Part shown: positions 59,975 to 64,000 of the stretch, piece by piece
How positions within the stretch are numbered: the first letter of the stretch is position 1
How the letters are laid out: the number at the start of each line of letters is the position of its first letter
Source of the DNA: Nitrospirota bacterium
GTDB lineage: Bacteria; Nitrospirota; UBA9217
Length of the DNA: 64,000 nucleotides
NCBI GenBank assembly: GCA_963737155.1
Contig: CAVTRN010000002.1
Span: forward strand, 192,001 to 256,000
Direction of reading: 5' to 3'
Made by a program: the position numbers and the translations under genes
Notes under the pieces: model-generated
Seen by the model: only the letters and a program-made list of their open reading frames with translations
Databases searched by the model: none
Told to the model about the DNA's origin: nothing

Positions 59975-60309
59975 CTTTTATCGAGATTTCATTATTTTGG
60001 AAATCTCATGGAATGATCACGCAAGCCTTGTCACGCCCTCGAAAACACTGTGAACAGCTATTGACTGGTTTCGCCCTTTATCCCAACCTATTTTGGCTTG
60101 ATCGGCCCTCACTTGTTCTCACCGACATCTGAGAAGTTTGCACCTTCAGGCTTGCGGAGCCTTGTCGCCTGTTTATTCATAACAACTTACACAACTTATC
60201 AACGTTCCCCCAGGTCATAGCACAGATCGGACTGTCGTAAAAGCTCCGATAGGCTCCCCCAGCTTGGCAGCTCGCTCAAAACCTACTGCAGTGGCTAGAA
60301 ACTGCGGCA

Positions 60310-60807
60310 TCACTCACGTGAAAGAGCAGCCAGGATTTCGACCAAGTGGTCGATGTGAAACTGGATGTGGTGCTTGCCCAGCCCATTGATCATCCCATCA
60401 AGAGTTGGGTATTCGCCCAACGGAGAATCTTTCAGCTTCGGAATATGAGCTTTCCTTCCCAGTTGTTCATCGGTTAATTTCTCAGCGAAGTTGGCCACGC
60501 TTTGGTAATTCCTCTCGCACTCCGCGACAAGTTCGATGAGGCTCATGCGCGCCCGATTTTCGGTAAAGAACGGATTCCCGCTATCGAGATCTATCCTAGG
60601 GGTATCGCAGTCGACAAAGGCCCTGAGGATCGGCAGGTGTCCCACACCCTCGGGACCGCAAAGGTGGGAAAGAATCTGCTTGGGTGACCATCTGTCCTTC
60701 GGAGCGCGCAAGGCCAGATTCTCGTCCACTCCTCGGTATGCCTGTTTCAGAGCTTCTACTTTCTGCCGGACGTCTTGCGCCAACTGGTTCCCACGTGAAG
60801 TTGCCAT
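60310..60807 (-). CDS. DinB family protein
   Basis: WSPKQILSHL and HxxxH (HIQFH); AGGAGG RBS. Confidence 0.85.
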   Translation of the reverse strand: MATSRGNQLAQDVRQKVEALKQAYRGVDENLALRAPKDRWSPKQILSHLCGPEGVGHLPILRAFVDCDTPRIDLDSGNPFFTENRARMSLIELVAECERNYQSVANFAEKLTDEQLGRKAHIPKLKDSPLGEYPTLDGMINGLGKHHIQFHIDHLVEILAALSRE

Positions 60808-60875
60808 GGTGTATCCTCCTTAGGCTCTGTTATTTCGAGGTACCTAACTAACTTTATCCAGAGCGAAGCAGAAGA

Positions 60876-61077
60876 CCACGAGCGTCAGCTCGTGGATGAA
60901 TGCGTCCCTTTTGTTTCCCTCTCCCTTTCAGGGGGAGTTAGGCACTCATTTCATAATAAACTTGCTATTCCACGCAGCCTGCTGCGTGGTCACCTTATAG
61001 AGGGAAGGGCAAGAGAAACCGCAGGTTTCTCAGTTGAAAATCTTTCCTTTATACCCCGTCAGCTTGCTGCGGGGTAT
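60876..61077. repeat. three IS200/IS605- or REP-like hairpins (MITE-like remnant)
   Basis: CCACGAGC-GTCA-GCTCGTGG, CCACGCAGC-CT-GCTGCGTGG, ATACCCCGTCAGC-TT-GCTGCGGGGTAT. Confidence 0.65.
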
Positions 61078-61475
61078 TGATTGCTTGCCGAGGATATTGT
61101 TTCCTGGGTGAACAGAGGATTAAGAAACTGACCCAGAAGATCAAATTAGAAGGGATTTCACCTCGCTTAGAAGTGGAGCGAAAAAACCACAAATGATTAT
61201 TGCAGCCCCAAGTGCTACCAGCATTATGTCACTCCTGTTAATAATTTTAATCATCCTGATGCGATAATCACTGTTTCAGGATGACACACACATGCAATGT
61301 TTCTTTCGAGGCCGGGCAGGATCTTCGCCTGCACCTCTTTCAAACCGCATCTTAACATTCAATTAAAGGCTTGGTAAGTTTCAAAAGATTTTGCACATTG
61401 CGCTTAAATTATCAGGCCAGTAGCCTGTGAAACTCTTAACAGCAATTTCAAGATGAGGAAATTTTATCATATATT

Positions 61476-61922
61476 TCATTTTTCTTCTTCCGGATACTGG
61501 GCGAGCTCCATAAGGATTCCGTCAGGGCCATGAAAATACACGAGGCGCTTTCCCGTTTTTTCCCAGGTCCGGATCGGGCTCAAAAACTGAATGCCGAGCT
61601 CCGAGAGCCGTGCAACCGTATGTTCAATGTCTTGAACGGAAAAAGCGAGGTGACGGAAACCGATACGACCCGGATGACCGCACTCCGGGTCGGACAGGAG
61701 TTTAAGGCTGCTGAAGTGCAGGAGTTCTATAACGAGTTGACTCGTCTGATGCTTCATCCCTACAAACGAACCGGCTGCCCCCTTGATGCCGGTCACGGAC
61801 TCGAGGAATGAAGCGTCGAGCGTCGATCGGATCGACTCCTGAAATCCGAGGATCTCAAAAAAATTCCTGCTTTTTTCAAGATCAGTAACGACAATCGCAA
61901 GGTGATCGATTTGTTTTATCAT
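61476..61922 (-). CDS. VOC/glyoxalase family protein
   Basis: IDHLAIVV, IELL, RHLAFSV, GPDGILMEL; ATGA overlap with the upstream gene. Confidence 0.92.
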   Translation of the reverse strand: MIKQIDHLAIVVTDLEKSRNFFEILGFQESIRSTLDASFLESVTGIKGAAGSFVGMKHQTSQLVIELLHFSSLKLLSDPECGHPGRIGFRHLAFSVQDIEHTVARLSELGIQFLSPIRTWEKTGKRLVYFHGPDGILMELAQYPEEEK

Positions 61923-62494
61923 GACTGATCTCCTCGGATTTCCGGGCGACCCTGCCTTCCCTGAAGAGCCCGGAGCGAGCGAAAGATCACGGGGACGGTG
62001 ACCATCGCGCTGAGAACGATCCACTCCACTCTGTTCGGATCGCCGAAGTACCTGTTTAGCCGCAGAGTCGTGACTGCAATGACAGCGTAATACAGCATGT
62101 CGCCCGCGATCGCAAAGGCCCAGCCCATAAGGAATCCATGGCCGGCGGCCAGCGCCGAGGCCCGTCCAGTCATCGGGTCGGCGCCAAAGGAGATCATAAC
62201 GAGCGTAATGGGACCTGCACCGGTGCCCTTGAAATGGTCCGTGCCGCGCTCCATTGCAGCCTTCATCCTCGCGCTGAAACGGGCGAGAAACTGGACTTTC
62301 CCCCCCAACCATGCTAGAAGCTGAAGAACCGGCTCAAATGCGAGGGCCAGCATCACATCTGAAACTAAATAGAGCCCAGCGGTCACGGGCCAGACCAGAC
62401 CTTTGGACTGGGCAAGCAATACGCCTGCTGGGATTCCGCCCCCGACAGGGATAAGGAAGAGCATCAACACGGTAAGCATGCTGAATACTAACAA
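61919..62494 (-). CDS. membrane protein (start possibly frameshifted from 62549)
   Basis: Hydrophobic; IPVGGGIPAG, FGADPMTG. Confidence 0.7.
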   Translation of the reverse strand: MLVFSMLTVLMLFLIPVGGGIPAGVLLAQSKGLVWPVTAGLYLVSDVMLALAFEPVLQLLAWLGGKVQFLARFSARMKAAMERGTDHFKGTGAGPITLVMISFGADPMTGRASALAAGHGFLMGWAFAIAGDMLYYAVIAVTTLRLNRYFGDPNRVEWIVLSAMVTVPVIFRSLRALQGRQGRPEIRGDQS

Positions 62495-63143
62495 AAGTGC
62501 CGACTGAAGGCAAGTGGAAGGGCGGTTTGGTTTTTAATTTTTTAGACATGCCGGTGTTACTTTATATTGCATCACTCGGCTTGCGTCGACGTTAACATAT
62601 TCGAGGCGAAACATGCATTTTCGAGAAAGCCGTCATGCTGTGACCTTCAGGATGCAAAGTTGTATGAAAACTTCATTTCGTATTCGTTGATTGTCTCGTG
62701 AACTCCCTTCTGCCAAACCCACCTACAAGAGTGGAATGGACAATTCATCAACGGACATGCATTATTCTGTTTGTATCTTAGCATTAGCCATGAGTTTAGG
62801 GTGCGGGCGTCTTTTGCCGGCCCTCTCAAACGACAAGTTATAAAAATGTATCTTTGAAATAAATTCCACTCAGCGAATCCTGAATTCAGAATTCTATTTT
62901 CCTTCGTCTTTGCTATCTCTTTCGATGAGGATATTTGAGCCAGATAAAATCGGATGTCGTGATACTTATTTTATGTCTATTGTCTCTTAATCAATTCCGC
63001 GTCAGGTAGGCTGTCGTTACAGGCAGGGGCTACATATTTAGCTTGCTCTTTTATCTACCTGTATTTCGCCAGTAGCATACTCGGCAGTTGATCCGGTCTC
63101 TCATCTCCCATATTAAGGTCATTGTCAGTGAGCACACCGCTAT

Positions 63144-64000
63144 TTACTGCGCTTCTTCATTGCTTCCAGCCGTCCTGCCATGTGTTTTATGCATGCTTCT
63201 TATGCCCCTTTTAGTTTCTTCCACATTCATCGAGTGCTTCTCAAATACCTTGCGGAAATGGAAACCGTAGATCGAGAGGGTGACGGCCTGCCGAAAGAGG
63301 CTGGGACGTCTGGATATCGTCCAGAACAAAAGCCTCCAATAATGGAATCTTTCTTTCCCGAAGATCCCGAGGACGACAATGGACCTGAAGAACGCGGCCA
63401 GGTAGTTGGGCCGAAATCGAAAGGGTATCTTTTTTTTTCTTTGGGGGGCATATTCCTTCAGAAATGTCCTGACCCTTTCATAGTAGCATCTGGGTGAATA
63501 GAGGGTGCTGAGTACCCTCTTGTAGCCTTTGATCAACAGGTCATAGTCCATTCTGGGGATAAAATTGGTCGCGAAATCCGTATTGTCCCCCGAGGTCTCG
63601 TTCAACAGTCGTTGCTCCTTTTTGAGTCTCTCGTAGAGTTTCGTGCCTGGAAGGGCAATGAGAATGCCTACCATTGCCGTTACGACCCCACTCGCCTGGA
63701 TAAATTTGATCTGGGTGTCGAAAATCGTAGGGGGGTCGCTGTCGAAGCCAACAATGAATCCGCCCTGCACCTCGATGCCGGATTTCTGGATATTTCTGAC
63801 ACTGGCCAGGAGATCGCGGTTCTTGTTCTGGAATTTGCTGCATTCCTCCAGGCTCTGCTCATGCGGGGTCTCGATGCCGACGAAGACGACATCGAATCCT
63901 GCCCTGACCATCATCTCCATGAGGTCTTTATCATCGGACAGTTCTATGGATGCCTGCGTATTAAAAGTGAAGGGCTGCTTTCTCCTGTCCAGCCATTCGA
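63144..64000 (-). CDS. B12-binding radical SAM protein with DUF4070-like C-terminus (3' part)
   Basis: VFVGIET, GGFIVGFDSD, ALPGTKLYERL; start lies outside the window. Confidence 0.88.
   Translation of the reverse strand, partial: EWLDRRKQPFTFNTQASIELSDDKDLMEMMVRAGFDVVFVGIETPHEQSLEECSKFQNKNRDLLASVRNIQKSGIEVQGGFIVGFDSDPPTIFDTQIKFIQASGVVTAMVGILIALPGTKLYERLKKEQRLLNETSGDNTDFATNFIPRMDYDLLIKGYKRVLSTLYSPRCYYERVRTFLKEYAPQRKKKIPFRFRPNYLAAFFRSIVVLGIFGKERFHYWRLLFWTISRRPSLFRQAVTLSIYGFHFRKVFEKHSMNVEETKRGIRSMHKTHGRTAGSNEEAQ

Noticed and set aside
61923-62312. Long N-terminal extension of the VOC ORF
   Set aside because: Overlaps the upstream membrane gene in another frame; the likely start is the ATG at 61922.

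Overview
A mosaic, IS-rich accessory region from a bacterium. The gene content (cyanase, B12 radical SAM, probable selenoproteins) would fit an anaerobic or microaerobic Nitrospirota/Desulfobacterota-like organism, but that assignment is inference. There is no rRNA, intact tRNA or CRISPR array. Main results: (1) Two genes split in the ORF track look like single selenoproteins, each with an in-frame TGA at the catalytic Cys position and a SECIS-like hairpin 11-12 nt downstream. One is an exported DsbA/thioredoxin-fold protein (UPHC, 27589-28176) abutting a di-heme cytochrome c peroxidase/MauG-family gene; the other is an OsmC-like protein (37330-37800). (2) A nested transposon stack: an IS1111-type IS110 element (40331-42078) sits in the tnpB of an IS607 element, which sits in a RIT-like remnant beside a dif-like site and an IS630. 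The IS110 downstream non-coding region folds into a two-loop bridge/seek RNA whose guides match both the reconstructed target and the circle junction. (3) At least five dispersed attC-like sites occur with no integrase; three delimit complete single cassettes with complementary R boxes. (4) Facing 3' fragments of tRNA-Met and tRNA-Leu probably mark two island ends. (5) A GEMM-I-like structured leader precedes a 10-repeat Ig-like lipoprotein. (6) There are many deletion scars (kdpD/kdpE, an IS110/ISL3 chimera, a kinase tail). Other cargo includes a diguanylate cyclase, pstS with a Pho box, vapBC, cynS, a ClC protein, a KimA-like permease, a sugar ABC transporter, OsmC, Mpg, DinB and VOC proteins. 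All calls come from reading the sequence; no database searches were run.
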